A DNA stretch of 64,000 bases, taken from NCBI GenBank assembly GCA_031258545.1, contig JAIRMU010000015.1, forward strand, positions 12,761 through 76,760. The letters run 5' to 3'. The position numbers were made by a program, and so were the translations under genes. Positions 20,381-31,792 of this stretch are shown one piece after another. Positions within the stretch are counted from its first letter, which is position 1, and each line of letters begins with the position of its first letter. This DNA is from Puniceicoccales bacterium. Lineage in GTDB: Bacteria; Verrucomicrobiota; Verrucomicrobiia; Opitutales; UBA9783. The notes beneath the pieces were generated by a model. It had not been told where the DNA came from. It was given only the letters and a program-made list of their open reading frames with translations, and ran no database searches.

Positions 20381-21180
20381 TGAACCCATTGCACGATCTT
20401 CTGCCGATTAAAGACATTTTATTGTGCGCACTCATCTGCTGTACCCGCATGTTAGCTTTTTGTTCCACTTCCGTATTCTTTTCGTCACAATTCTTAACGG
20501 GTACGGGACGCAGGGCACTCATAGTTGCCTTATCCCTCATTCTTGTTCCCTTACTTCTTCCAAGCAGTTTAGAACATGCAAAAGCAGATGTATTAGATTG
20601 CTTAGGGTATATACTTAAAGAATCTATTCTGGGCATCATTTTGGGCTTGTTGAGTAATTTTATATTCTATGTGGCGCAAGGTGTAGGATTCGTCATCGAC
20701 ACGCAACGCGGGGCTTCTATGGCAAGTATGTTTGACCCCCTAAGTAATTCTCAAACGAGTCCTCTGGGCGACTTTTTAATGAAATTTACACTTATTCTGG
20801 CTTTGCTCAGCGGTGCCTTCTTAAAAATTATGGAAATGGTTTACGTAAGTTACTTAACATTTCCCATATTTAGTCCTTTGCCTCCATTGGAGCATTGGTT
20901 TCCAAATTTCTTTTTAACGGCTTTCGGGGATGATCTTTTCGCTACGCTCGCACTCCTCGGTGGCCCCGTGTTATTTATCCTATTTTTAGCAGAATTTGGG
21001 CTTGGCATGGTCACACGATTTGCGCCTCAACTCAACGTATTTTTTCTTGCGATGCCCATTAAAAGTGCCCTGGCCATGTTCTTTTTCATTTTGTATTTAA
21101 CCCACCTGGGAGAATATTTTGTAAATAATTTTGAACTGCACAATTTGGCTCAACGTTTCCTAAACGCACTGCGGCATTGA
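20380..21180 (+). CDS. sctT: T3SS export apparatus SctT (EscT/YscT; FliR homolog)
   Basis: KESILGIILG, GFVIDTQRGA, TSPLG, EFGLGMVTRFAPQLNVFFLAMPIKS. Confidence 0.92.
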   Translation: MNPLHDLLPIKDILLCALICCTRMLAFCSTSVFFSSQFLTGTGRRALIVALSLILVPLLLPSSLEHAKADVLDCLGYILKESILGIILGLLSNFIFYVAQGVGFVIDTQRGASMASMFDPLSNSQTSPLGDFLMKFTLILALLSGAFLKIMEMVYVSYLTFPIFSPLPPLEHWFPNFFLTAFGDDLFATLALLGGPVLFILFLAEFGLGMVTRFAPQLNVFFLAMPIKSALAMFFFILYLTHLGEYFVNNFELHNLAQRFLNALRH

Positions 21181-21184
21181 CATC

Positions 21185-22273
21185 ATGAGCGAAAAAACAG
21201 AGCAACCTACGCCTAAAAAAATTCGTGATGCAAGGAAAAAAGGTCAAGTTCCCAACAGCAAAGATGTAACGTCTACGGCACTCCTGATTGTTATCTTCAC
21301 TTATCTTGGATTATCGCGTGTTACCATTTTACAAACGCTGATGGATTTAATTGTCGCCCCATGCCAATTTTTTACACAACCCTTTGAAGACGCTTTTAAA
21401 GGTATGCTATGGGTTTGCTTCAAGGTTGGCCTTAAAGTGGTTCTTCCGTTAGTTTTGCTCGTGTTTATCACAGGTGTTGCGGCAAACGTATTGCAATTTG
21501 GACTTTTAATGTCCCCCGAAAGCATTATACCAAAATTGGATAAACTTAATCCCGTATCGAAGCTAAAGCAGATGTTTTCCATGAAAAATTTGATCGAATT
21601 TCTTAAATCGGCGGCAAAAATTACTTTTTTGGGAACCTTACTCTACTTTGTCATTCGAAATGTTCTAGATCCCCTCTTAAAAATTCCTTATGCAAGCCTC
21701 AGTAATTTTATAAACATTATGCCAAGTGTCTTAAAAACCTTTGCCTATAACGTCGGGTTTGCCTACATCGTGGTTGCTTTTCTGGATTTCATATTTCAAC
21801 GACACAATCACACCAAACAACTCATGATGTCCAAAGATGAAGTCAAGCGAGAGTACAAGGAAATGGAAGGGGATCCGACGATTAAGGGAAAACGCAAGCA
21901 GCTCCACAGAGAATTGCTACAGGGGGGGCCTGCGCAAAAGACAAAACGAGCTTCCGCACTCGTCACCAATCCTACGCACTATGCAATCGCGCTCTACTAC
22001 GACGAAATCACAGTTCCGTTACCCATTGTTTTGGCCAAAGGAACAGGCTTTCAGGCACAGATAATGAAGAAAGTTGCCATGGATTACGACATCCCCATCA
22101 TGGAAAATGTACCTCTTGCACACGCTTTGTACGACTTGGCGGAAATTGGTCGCTACATTCCTCGTGAACTTATCGAACCCGTGGCCGAAGTTATTCGTTG
22201 GGTACGCGACCAAAAACAACGTACCCAAGAGAGCATTGAAGTTTCTCAAGATCAATGGGATAAAATTTTTTAG
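21185..22273 (+). CDS. sctU: T3SS export apparatus switch protein SctU (EscU/YscU; FlhB homolog)
   Basis: MSEKTEQPTPKKIRDARKKGQV, MSKDEVKREYKEMEGDP, autocleavage motif NPTH. Confidence 0.94.
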   Translation: MSEKTEQPTPKKIRDARKKGQVPNSKDVTSTALLIVIFTYLGLSRVTILQTLMDLIVAPCQFFTQPFEDAFKGMLWVCFKVGLKVVLPLVLLVFITGVAANVLQFGLLMSPESIIPKLDKLNPVSKLKQMFSMKNLIEFLKSAAKITFLGTLLYFVIRNVLDPLLKIPYASLSNFINIMPSVLKTFAYNVGFAYIVVAFLDFIFQRHNHTKQLMMSKDEVKREYKEMEGDPTIKGKRKQLHRELLQGGPAQKTKRASALVTNPTHYAIALYYDEITVPLPIVLAKGTGFQAQIMKKVAMDYDIPIMENVPLAHALYDLAEIGRYIPRELIEPVAEVIRWVRDQKQRTQESIEVSQDQWDKIF

Positions 22274-22403
22274 GAAGATTCCGTGCAAATGTATCCCCAA
22301 GTAGCAAAATAACCAAAGTATCCATCGTAAACGTTAAGATTAATGCATTTTACGTAGACCTCTATGTGTATACAGATTCAAAAAGCATGACACTCCGTTA
22401 CAT

Positions 22404-23012
22404 CTAGACGTATCCCTGATACAAATCTGGACTCGATGTGGCTTGCCAAATACAGGGATCCATTGAATACAGTAATGGCAAACATTGGGATAAATGATAG
22501 TCCACACATTCCTCTTTGGGCAAAGAAGGATGCGGGAGCCTAACAAATGGTATTTCGCCATCGCTACCCACATGCTGCATGTCCACTTTACGTATCACGT
22601 CTAACTTATGCTTGTCGTCCACACGCAAACATAACCATTGATGAAATCCCGCTTTTGCCACAATGCAAAACGGCAAATGACGGCGTGTAACGTGCGTCTG
22701 ATAGAGTTGATGAAAATGCAAATGATTCGCCGCATAAATGGCATTTTCTTCGACCTGTTGCAACAATTTCAAAGTTCTAACGAACGTACAAATGGTTCGG
22801 ATGCCCATGGTGGAGCCGGGACCATTCAAAAAGCAAATGCGTGTCAAATCTGTAAAATTTATACCGCATTCCCCAAAACATTTACCAACCACATCGCTGA
22901 AATGCTCTATCACAGAACCTTCATACTCTACGGTAGACATCCAATGATCCTCATTTGCGATACCGAGTTTTAGTCGATCAAAACCAGCATCCATAAACAG
23001 CGTTATGTGCAT
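22404..23012 (-). CDS. tsaB: Divergent TsaB/YeaZ-like tRNA t6A biosynthesis protein (start moved to ATG 23012)
   Basis: N-terminal LFMDA strand and CFLNGPGSTMGIR (cf. GPGSFTGLR); follows obgE. The remainder is divergent. Confidence 0.6.
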   Translation of the reverse strand: MHITLFMDAGFDRLKLGIANEDHWMSTVEYEGSVIEHFSDVVGKCFGECGINFTDLTRICFLNGPGSTMGIRTICTFVRTLKLLQQVEENAIYAANHLHFHQLYQTHVTRRHLPFCIVAKAGFHQWLCLRVDDKHKLDVIRKVDMQHVGSDGEIPFVRLPHPSLPKEECVDYHLSQCLPLLYSMDPCIWQATSSPDLYQGYV

Positions 23013-23028
23013 ACAAAATAAAGGTCCA

Positions 23029-24683
<1,655 letters not shown>

Positions 24684-24701
24684 ATGGGAATTTCAAAAAA
24701 A

Positions 24702-25823
24702 TCAAAATGAAAATAAGCCTTTCTTTTTAACGGCCGTTTTGTCTCCCCGAATACGTTCCAGTAATTCCTTGGCAAATTGTGCTTTGGCCAAAGCTTCTTC
24801 CTCCGAAATCGTTCCTTTTACATACAAATCGAACAAATGACGATCCAAAGGAAGCATACCCAGTCCTTGATTGACTTCGATTTCCGTTTGAATGCGAAAT
24901 GTTTTGTTTTCCCGAATAAGATTGGAAATAGAATCGGCTCGCGTCATAATTTCAAAAGCCGCAACGCGTCCCTTGGAAGATTTTTTCCTGCATAATACTT
25001 GTGAAATAACCCCGATTAAATTGGATGCCAATTGCGTTCTCACAAGTTCCTTGCTGCCCTCCGCAAACGCATCTATGATGCGATCTACGGTACGCGTGGA
25101 TCCCGTTGTGTGCAAAGTCGACAGTACCAAATGGCCCGTTTCGGCAGCCGAAACGGCCGCTTCAATGGTCGCCAGGTCGCGCATTTCTCCAACCAAAATT
25201 ACGTCCGGATCCTGACGTAAAGCGCCCGTAATGGCCTTTTGGAATGATGGTGTATCCCTGCCCAATTCTCGTTGCGTAATGAGGCACTGATCCGGTTGGT
25301 AAAGGTATTCGATGGGATCTTCTATGGTAATAACGTGCTTGGCGTAATGCGTATTAATCCAATCGATCATTGCGGCCAGCGTGGTAGATTTTCCGGAACC
25401 CGTAGGTCCTGTAACCAACAGCAATCCCCGAGGACTATTTAACAAATCTTTAATTTTTTCCAAAGAGTGCGTCGGTAAGCCCAAATTGTCTAAAGATAAT
25501 GCATCGTCGTTAATGATACGCATGACAATACCGTATTTTTCACAGCTGGTAAATACGTTCACGCGCAAACGGACTTTGCGATTTTCAATTTCAGGATTGA
25601 TGGCAAAATCCACCTCCCGTGAGACTTTAAATGCCGCCGTCATTTTTTCAGGTATCAGTGCTTTCGCAAAACTTTCCACCTCTTCATCGGTTAAAATGGG
25701 AAGATCAAGTGGGCACATAAGTCCATCAACGCGCAATGTAGGAGGCTCATTAACCCTCAAATGAATATCGGAAGCCTGTTGATTAAGTGCAAATTGAATC
25801 AGGTTGTTTATGGTTAGGCTCAT
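24702..25823 (-). CDS. pilT: Type IV pilus retraction ATPase, PilT/PilU family
   Basis: ASDIHL, GPTGSGKSTT, TIEDPIE, ALRQDPDVILVGEMRD, AETGHLVLSTLHT. Confidence 0.9.
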   Translation of the reverse strand: MSLTINNLIQFALNQQASDIHLRVNEPPTLRVDGLMCPLDLPILTDEEVESFAKALIPEKMTAAFKVSREVDFAINPEIENRKVRLRVNVFTSCEKYGIVMRIINDDALSLDNLGLPTHSLEKIKDLLNSPRGLLLVTGPTGSGKSTTLAAMIDWINTHYAKHVITIEDPIEYLYQPDQCLITQRELGRDTPSFQKAITGALRQDPDVILVGEMRDLATIEAAVSAAETGHLVLSTLHTTGSTRTVDRIIDAFAEGSKELVRTQLASNLIGVISQVLCRKKSSKGRVAAFEIMTRADSISNLIRENKTFRIQTEIEVNQGLGMLPLDRHLFDLYVKGTISEEEALAKAQFAKELLERIRGDKTAVKKKGLFSF

Positions 25824-25874
25824 GCTTAAATTCTAACGCGGCACACAACCGGTGTCAAACCAATTGGCATAAGC

Positions 25875-26738
25875 TCAGTGAGGATTCAATCCGTACAATT
25901 CTCTTAAAAAATCCAATTGTTCTCTTTCCAATGCATTTTTATCCAAACAATCCAACGCTTCGATTAACTTGCGCACCAAAGTAGAATGTTTTTGCCCATG
26001 TGCCATACGCAACGTTTGCAAATAAATATTTACATTCTCTGGTTCAATTTTCAACGCCTCTAAATTCCAATAAATTGCCTCTTCTATTTTTTCGGCCGCA
26101 AAGCACAGTTGGCTCAACTTTACCATATGTTTGACGGTTAAATCTATTTTGAGCAAATCTATGCCTCTTAAAAACGCCTGCAGCGCATTTGGGTGACGTT
26201 CCAATTTAGATTCGCTGTCGGCCAAAGCAAACCAAGCCAACCTATCTTTGGGAAAGTGATTTAAATAATGCTGGTAACAACGCGAAGCGGAATAAAAATC
26301 GCCCACTTGTTCATAAGCGTGGGCTGCCCGCAGTGCATTTTCCTGAAAATCTCCCGTTATATCCGCGTGGATTGTTTTTTCAAACGTTTGTGCCGCCAAG
26401 TAGATTTGTTTGTTCTCCACGTACGCGAGAGCCAACAATTCCAATACCTGCGGATTATTTGGATAATGGGTCTGCACTTGCTGTAATTCTTGAACGGCAA
26501 GCGCAAATTGTTGCTTTTCCATGCAATCACGTACTCGTTCCAACTGCAATTGAACGTATGCTGTTGAAACGGAATGATTCGGTTGACAGCCCATTGAAAA
26601 TAAAACGACACCTATGCCAAAACAATACCATGGGATAATGGGTGCACGTAAGCTACTCACAAATAACATGATTGCACAAGAAACGCACCATTGGGCAACC
26701 ATCATATTAAGGGACGCTTCCATGCTTCCATAAAACAC
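25875..26738 (-). CDS. TPR-repeat protein, probable lipoprotein (true start likely downstream)
   Basis: Hydrophobic stretch ending FSMG|C; repeated TPR-like helices (LELLALAY, YLNHFPKD..AWFALA, ALKIEPEN). Confidence 0.7.
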   Translation of the reverse strand: MFYGSMEASLNMMVAQWCVSCAIMLFVSSLRAPIIPWYCFGIGVVLFSMGCQPNHSVSTAYVQLQLERVRDCMEKQQFALAVQELQQVQTHYPNNPQVLELLALAYVENKQIYLAAQTFEKTIHADITGDFQENALRAAHAYEQVGDFYSASRCYQHYLNHFPKDRLAWFALADSESKLERHPNALQAFLRGIDLLKIDLTVKHMVKLSQLCFAAEKIEEAIYWNLEALKIEPENVNIYLQTLRMAHGQKHSTLVRKLIEALDCLDKNALEREQLDFLRELYGLNPH

Positions 26739-26746
26739 TTGGATGC

Positions 26747-27727
26747 CTAAAATTCATTCTTCAATGGACGCGCGAGCAAATCATGAACGGCGGTATCCAA
26801 AGGATGTTGCTTGTATAAAATGTCGTGCAAACTCTGCAAAATAGGGACCTCCAGTCGCATTTTATTTGCCAATGTGTGGTATCCATGCAAACTCCCATAG
26901 CCTTCTACCATTAATTCCTTCGTTAAACTTTCAACGGACTTCCCTTTGGCGAGCAGCTCTCCAAATGTTCGATTTCGGCTCCAAGAACCCTGCGCGGTGG
27001 CTATCAAATCACCCAAGCCGCTCAATCCATAAAACGTTTCCTTGTGCCCCCCCAAAGCGCAACCTAAATATGCCATTTCCTTAAGTGCGCGTGTTAGGTA
27101 AGCAGATTTTGCGTTATCTCCCAACTCGAGTCCATCCAAAATACCAGCCCCTAGAGCGTAGATATTTTTCAAACAACTTGCGGTCTCTACCCCCACAAGA
27201 TCACCGCTGCGGTATACGCGCGTATGCGCAGCACTGATGGCCTCCTGAAGCGGCTTTACATAAGGATTAAAAGACGCTAAAACCATTGCCGCAGGCTTTC
27301 CCAAAGCGAATTCAACGGCATACGTGGGCCCTGCCAAACAAGCCACGGGATTTTCAGGGAAAAATTGGGAAATAATATTAGAAGGTGTACACAGCGTAGC
27401 ATGATCCAAGCCCTTAATGAGAGAAACAGTCCACAAATTTTTCGGATAGCCGAGTTTTAACATATCACACAAGTCCACAAGACCTTTCATGGGACAGGCG
27501 ACAAATAAGGCGTCGCATGTGCCAAGATGCTTGTCATAACGCGTATCCACGTACAGGTTATCGGGAAATGGAATGTGCGGCAAATAATATATATTCTCTC
27601 TGCGTTCTTGCATCATTTTTGCCTTTTCTTCGGAACGAGGCACCAATATGAGTTCATGGCCAATACGAGCCAAATGCACCGCCACAGCCGTACCCCAAGA
27701 TCCAGAACCGCACACAACAAATTTCAT
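26747..27727 (-). CDS. gpsA: NAD(P)H-dependent glycerol-3-phosphate dehydrogenase
   Basis: GSGSWGTA, KGL, GPTYAVE, LKNIYALGAG, GLSGLGDLIATA, SRNRTFG. Confidence 0.95.
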   Translation of the reverse strand: MKFVVCGSGSWGTAVAVHLARIGHELILVPRSEEKAKMMQERRENIYYLPHIPFPDNLYVDTRYDKHLGTCDALFVACPMKGLVDLCDMLKLGYPKNLWTVSLIKGLDHATLCTPSNIISQFFPENPVACLAGPTYAVEFALGKPAAMVLASFNPYVKPLQEAISAAHTRVYRSGDLVGVETASCLKNIYALGAGILDGLELGDNAKSAYLTRALKEMAYLGCALGGHKETFYGLSGLGDLIATAQGSWSRNRTFGELLAKGKSVESLTKELMVEGYGSLHGYHTLANKMRLEVPILQSLHDILYKQHPLDTAVHDLLARPLKNEF

Positions 27728-27741
27728 ACGTTTACTCCTTT

Positions 27742-28533
27742 TTAAACCCCCGCATTAACCACTTGTTCATCAAAATAATTAAAATCCATGCCCGCATTGA
27801 CAACGACGGTTTGACCGTTAATACCGCTGGAGCGATCGCTTAGTAAAAAGACGATCGTATTGGCCACCTCTTGCGTTTCCAAAGCTCTTTTTCTTAGGGT
27901 TAACTTTTCGGCAAATAGATAATTTTTCAAAAAATTAGGGATACCTGCCGAAGCACTTGTCTTTAGAGGTCCCGATCCAACACAATTGAAACGGACTTCA
28001 CTATCCGCGCTGAACGCCTTGGCCAAGAAACGAACGGTACTTTCCAGCGCCGCTTTAATGGGAGACATATAACCGTAATGTATTGCCGTCACCTGAGAGG
28101 AAATACCCACCGTCACCACCGAGGCATGGGGGGTTAACATCGCCTTAAAAGCCCTCGCAATTTCAATCAAAGAGAAACATGAAATGTGAACCGCCTGCAA
28201 AAAGTCTTCACGTCTTGTATCGTAAAAAGTTTTAAATTCTTTCGAAAAATTCGCAAAAGCAATCGCATGAACGATGCCATCTAAATGGGATGTTTTTTCT
28301 TCCACCTGTTGTTTCAATTGCTGAATTGCATGCGCTTGTTCGACGTCGCAAATAAACAACTTTTCTGCCGGGATCCAACGCGTTAATTCTTTTTTTCGTT
28401 CAGGTGAGCGAACGCTATAATATACGTAAGCGCCGTGGGCTTCTAAAGTTTTTCCCACAAACCACGCAATACTCTTTCTGTTCGCTAAACCCAAGATGAG
28501 AAAATACTTATTTTCAATATTCAAAAACGTCAT
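27742..28533 (-). CDS. fabI: FabI-like enoyl-ACP reductase (start moved to ATG 28533)
   Basis: LGLANRKSIAW, DGIVHAIAFAN, catalytic Y-x6-K in HYGYMSPIKAALE, GPLKTSAS. Confidence 0.8.
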   Translation of the reverse strand: MTFLNIENKYFLILGLANRKSIAWFVGKTLEAHGAYVYYSVRSPERKKELTRWIPAEKLFICDVEQAHAIQQLKQQVEEKTSHLDGIVHAIAFANFSKEFKTFYDTRREDFLQAVHISCFSLIEIARAFKAMLTPHASVVTVGISSQVTAIHYGYMSPIKAALESTVRFLAKAFSADSEVRFNCVGSGPLKTSASAGIPNFLKNYLFAEKLTLRKRALETQEVANTIVFLLSDRSSGINGQTVVVNAGMDFNYFDEQVVNAGV

Positions 28534-28535
28534 AC

Positions 28536-28991
28536 CTACATTTCTTCCACTAGCCCAAGTGTGAACGTAACAAAAACCAGTACGCTTCCATCTTTTTTGG
28601 CGCACCCTTTAAAGAAATAAAAATTTTTCAAAGACTGCAAAAACCTTGCTTCCAAAACCAATTTGTCGCCCGGAAAAGCCATCTTTTTAAATTTTGCCTC
28701 CTGTAGGCGCGTCAAGACGGGAACTTTCCCATGCACATTTTCTCGATTTTTTAGCAATGTTTTACTTAAAAATATACCTGCCGCCTGAAAAATTGCTTCA
28801 CACATTAAAACACCCGGCATAATGGGCATGTGCGGATAATGGCCTTGAAAAAAGTATTCGTCCACCCGCAAAACCTTTTCTACTTCGATGACATCTTCGT
28901 GTAAATTAAGGATTTTGTCCACAAATAAAAATGGAGGACGATGCGGTATAGCATCCAAAACGTCTTGTTGTTCTGCTTCCATGTCCTTCAT
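28536..28991 (-). CDS. Stand-alone FabZ/FabA-like 3-hydroxyacyl-ACP dehydratase (second FabZ domain in the window)
   Basis: IPHRPPFLFVD, FFQGHYPHMPIMPGVLMCEAIFQAAG, AKFKKMAFPGD. Confidence 0.88.
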   Translation of the reverse strand: MKDMEAEQQDVLDAIPHRPPFLFVDKILNLHEDVIEVEKVLRVDEYFFQGHYPHMPIMPGVLMCEAIFQAAGIFLSKTLLKNRENVHGKVPVLTRLQEAKFKKMAFPGDKLVLEARFLQSLKNFYFFKGCAKKDGSVLVFVTFTLGLVEEM

Positions 28992-29049
28992 AATTCTTTT
29001 TTAATCGCTTTCTACGACAAATCAAACATAAATCACATTTTTACGTTCC

Positions 29050-29092
29050 TTGACAAAATTGTCTTGCAAATAACTTAAATTATTTTTAGACT
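29050..29092 (+). promoter_or_regulatory. Array promoter copy 1
   Basis: TTGACAAAATTGTC-TTGCAA-N17-TAGACT; ATG follows after 6 nt. Confidence 0.7.
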
Positions 29093-29098
29093 GCTTTT

Positions 29099-30727
29099 AT
29101 GGCTATCAATGCAACAGGGGTAACACAAGTTACCCATCCGATTACGAGTACACCAGGTGCAAATGATACCGGTAGCGTTACAAAAAATCTAACCTCTACT
29201 GCAGGCGTGCCCCAACAAGACCAAGCAACATCCGCATTATCGGATGCCACAAAGCAAAAACAAAGACAAATTGCCCTAACAAACCAACCCAAAACAGCTG
29301 TGGCACTTAATCTTTTGTTAGGTGAAGTACAGCAAGGAGTAAAGTATAAACCAGTGCAGATCGAAAAAACATTGTTGGAAGACATGCAACAAAATCCTCT
29401 TCGCAACCTTTTAGGTGCTAAAATAACTTTCAATATTGATCCTCAAAATTTACTACAGCAACAAAAAGACAACATAGATCATGATATAGCGTGCGTAGAA
29501 CGATGGCTGTCTGGCATTCCTCATTGTTCGCCCAAGCAACAAGGTAAACTATGTGCCGGACTGGGTGAACGAATAAATGGGTCCCCCTATCAACCTGAAA
29601 TATTGGCACTTCTGAATCAGCATGCTACAAATAACCCACAAATTGCAGCTACTAGAGATGCCTACGCAGGTAAACACAGCGAGCATATTACAGGAGAATT
29701 TTGTCAAAAATTAAGTGCAGTTTTAACAGAACCAACGCAGGAAACGCAGGTCACACCCATGCAGGCCAAACTTGCATTTATCGAGCAATTCAATGGGGCA
29801 CAAAGTTTAGAGAATAAAAGCGCCACCCAAATACGAAATGAACAGGCGGCTATAGAATCTCTATTAAAAAAAGATGATCTTACACCTTCAAATCGCGTAT
29901 TTTTACAACAGTTATCCTTGGCATACGAAATAAAGTTGAACGAAAATAATCCAAAGAAGATGGTAGAACTCGCTTCACAGTTCGCAGAACAAGAAGTACC
30001 ATTCTTGCGACAGATGGTTCAGGTGGCTCAAAATATTAGTCAAACGAACACTATGTCGGAGGCGCAAAAACAAAGAATATTGGATGCCCAAGATATAACT
30101 GATATATCAGCCAGGATATGCGATGCGATGTTCCCTAGAACAATGGAAGCTGTCAAGATGCCGAAGTTCAAAACTAAAGGAGATGCCTACTTAAAAATAT
30201 ATGGTAATCATGTAACGCAAGGAGTTATGCGTTTTAACAGCTTAATGCAAGAGATGGTAAAAAAAACACTAGCATCAGACCCTGAAACGGTAAAACGAGT
30301 AGGTGACGAGCTCAAAGGATATATAAATTTATTCTCATCGAATACAGCTTTATATACAGCCCGTGTCGAAGAAGCCTCTACAAAAGAATTACAATCCTTT
30401 AATACAACAGGCTTAATCAATGCAAACGACGGTAGTTTTGCCGAGTTTGACAAACAGCATTCACTGGACATCTTGAAGGGATTTTCAACAAAAACATTAC
30501 AATCTCTCGTTGAACGTGGTCAAGAACTCAGCAAGCAACCAAAGGCTAACACAACAGAGTTTCGAAAATCATTTGAAGTTGTTTTACGGTATGCACCTCT
30601 TCCGGAAGACCAGCGAGAGAGGCAACAAATGTTTGGGATCTTAACACAAGGTATTCAGTGCTTCCCCCAGAAAATGCAAAAGGAATTAGGCAGCATTTTA
30701 CAGAGTCGGATCACGCCATCTGCCTAA
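29099..30727 (+). CDS. Array gene E1 (542 aa): orphan paralog, candidate T3SS effector
   Basis: S/T/P-rich N-terminus, no Sec signal or TM segment; central/C-terminal module (TQIRNEQAAI...LFSSNTALYTARVEEASTKELQSFNTTGLI) is shared with E5. Confidence 0.75.
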   Translation: MAINATGVTQVTHPITSTPGANDTGSVTKNLTSTAGVPQQDQATSALSDATKQKQRQIALTNQPKTAVALNLLLGEVQQGVKYKPVQIEKTLLEDMQQNPLRNLLGAKITFNIDPQNLLQQQKDNIDHDIACVERWLSGIPHCSPKQQGKLCAGLGERINGSPYQPEILALLNQHATNNPQIAATRDAYAGKHSEHITGEFCQKLSAVLTEPTQETQVTPMQAKLAFIEQFNGAQSLENKSATQIRNEQAAIESLLKKDDLTPSNRVFLQQLSLAYEIKLNENNPKKMVELASQFAEQEVPFLRQMVQVAQNISQTNTMSEAQKQRILDAQDITDISARICDAMFPRTMEAVKMPKFKTKGDAYLKIYGNHVTQGVMRFNSLMQEMVKKTLASDPETVKRVGDELKGYINLFSSNTALYTARVEEASTKELQSFNTTGLINANDGSFAEFDKQHSLDILKGFSTKTLQSLVERGQELSKQPKANTTEFRKSFEVVLRYAPLPEDQRERQQMFGILTQGIQCFPQKMQKELGSILQSRITPSA

Positions 30728-30950
30728 CTTCGCCATGTGTTTAACGATATGCCTGCCTCCGAAAAACGGCTTCGATCGTAAGATGCCCGGCATAATGGGC
30801 ACATGCGGATAATGGCCTCGGAGAAAGTATTTGTCCATCCACAAGACTTTTTCTACTTTGATGGCATCTTCGCGTAAATTAAGAACTTTGTTCACGCACA
30901 AAATGGAAAATGATGCAAAATCGCATCCAAATTCTTGTTCTTTGGTCCAT
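30728..30950 (-). pseudogene. Decayed copy of the 5' part of the fabZ-like gene at 28536-28991
   Basis: Reads VNKVLNLREDAIKVEKVLWMDKYFLRGHYPHVPIMPGIL versus VDKILNLHEDVIEVEKVLRVDEYFFQGHYPHMPIMPGVL; frameshifts on both sides; DNA similarity continues into the promoter region. Confidence 0.88.
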
Positions 30951-31003
30951 GCCTTCCCCCTCTTTCTAGAGCAAATCGACAATAAATTACATCTTTACAT
31001 TTG

Positions 31004-31046
31004 TTGATAAAATTGTCTTGCAAATGATTTAAATTGTCTTTATTAC
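31004..31046 (+). promoter_or_regulatory. Array promoter copy 2 (degenerate -10)
   Basis: TTGATAAAATTGTC-TTGCAA-N17-TATTAC; ATG at 31058. Confidence 0.55.
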
Positions 31047-31057
31047 ATTACCCATAT

Positions 31058-31663
31058 ATGTCTCTACAAGTTAATAACAATTCAAATGTATCACCTGGTG
31101 TATCTGATAGTTCTACTACACCAACCGCAGGAAAAAATGCTGCAGGTCGTAGTATCACATCATCGGATCAACCGATAACAACGGTTGCTAATATGGCTAG
31201 CCAACAAATTCTATCTCAACGACAGCAAGCAGGAATGCGAAGAGTACAAGAGGCAAAAACAGAAAATCTAAATGAGGATATGGCCGCATCCCAAGCGTCA
31301 GCCGCCAAGTACGATAAGAAAAGTGCATTAGGGCAATGGGGCTCGCGGGTGAAAGGAAAACTTGTGGGGACAGGTGATTATGCTGACAAAAAAGCAACCT
31401 TTGCCAAACTGCAGAATGACATTGAATACCATACATTCAAATCTTCGATACCATCACCTAATCATCTAGCAGATCTTAATGCGGATAAAGCTCAGCTAAG
31501 GGAATGGCAAAACGCCGTGTTACAATATTCTCCCAAAGATCAAGCGAAGCTAATGTCCACACTGATGGCGAAGATAAACAGTCCTGAGACTGCACATGGC
31601 CTAAAAGAGACGTTTGCTACATGGCTGCAGACGCCTGAGGTTAAGAATATGAAGTTAAAGTGA
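31058..31663 (+). CDS. Array gene E2 (201 aa from ATG 31058): orphan paralog, candidate T3SS effector
   Basis: N-terminus MSLQVNNNSNVSPGVSDSSTTPTAGKNAAGRSIT; repeat unit WQNAVLQYSPKDQAKLMSTLMAKIN. Confidence 0.72.
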   Translation: MSLQVNNNSNVSPGVSDSSTTPTAGKNAAGRSITSSDQPITTVANMASQQILSQRQQAGMRRVQEAKTENLNEDMAASQASAAKYDKKSALGQWGSRVKGKLVGTGDYADKKATFAKLQNDIEYHTFKSSIPSPNHLADLNADKAQLREWQNAVLQYSPKDQAKLMSTLMAKINSPETAHGLKETFATWLQTPEVKNMKLK

Positions 31664-31742
31664 TAAAAACTTACGACGGGAGGGTTCCTCATTGTCACCC
31701 ACTTTTTAATTTATATCCAAGGCCAAATTCTCTTTACATTCG

Positions 31743-31785
31743 TTGGCCAAATTATCTTGCAAACGTCGTAAAAAGTTTTTAAACT
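31743..31785 (+). promoter_or_regulatory. Array promoter copy 3
   Basis: TTGGCCAAATTATC-TTGCAA-N17-TAAACT; ATG follows after 7 nt. Confidence 0.65.
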
Positions 31786-31792
31786 GGATAAA

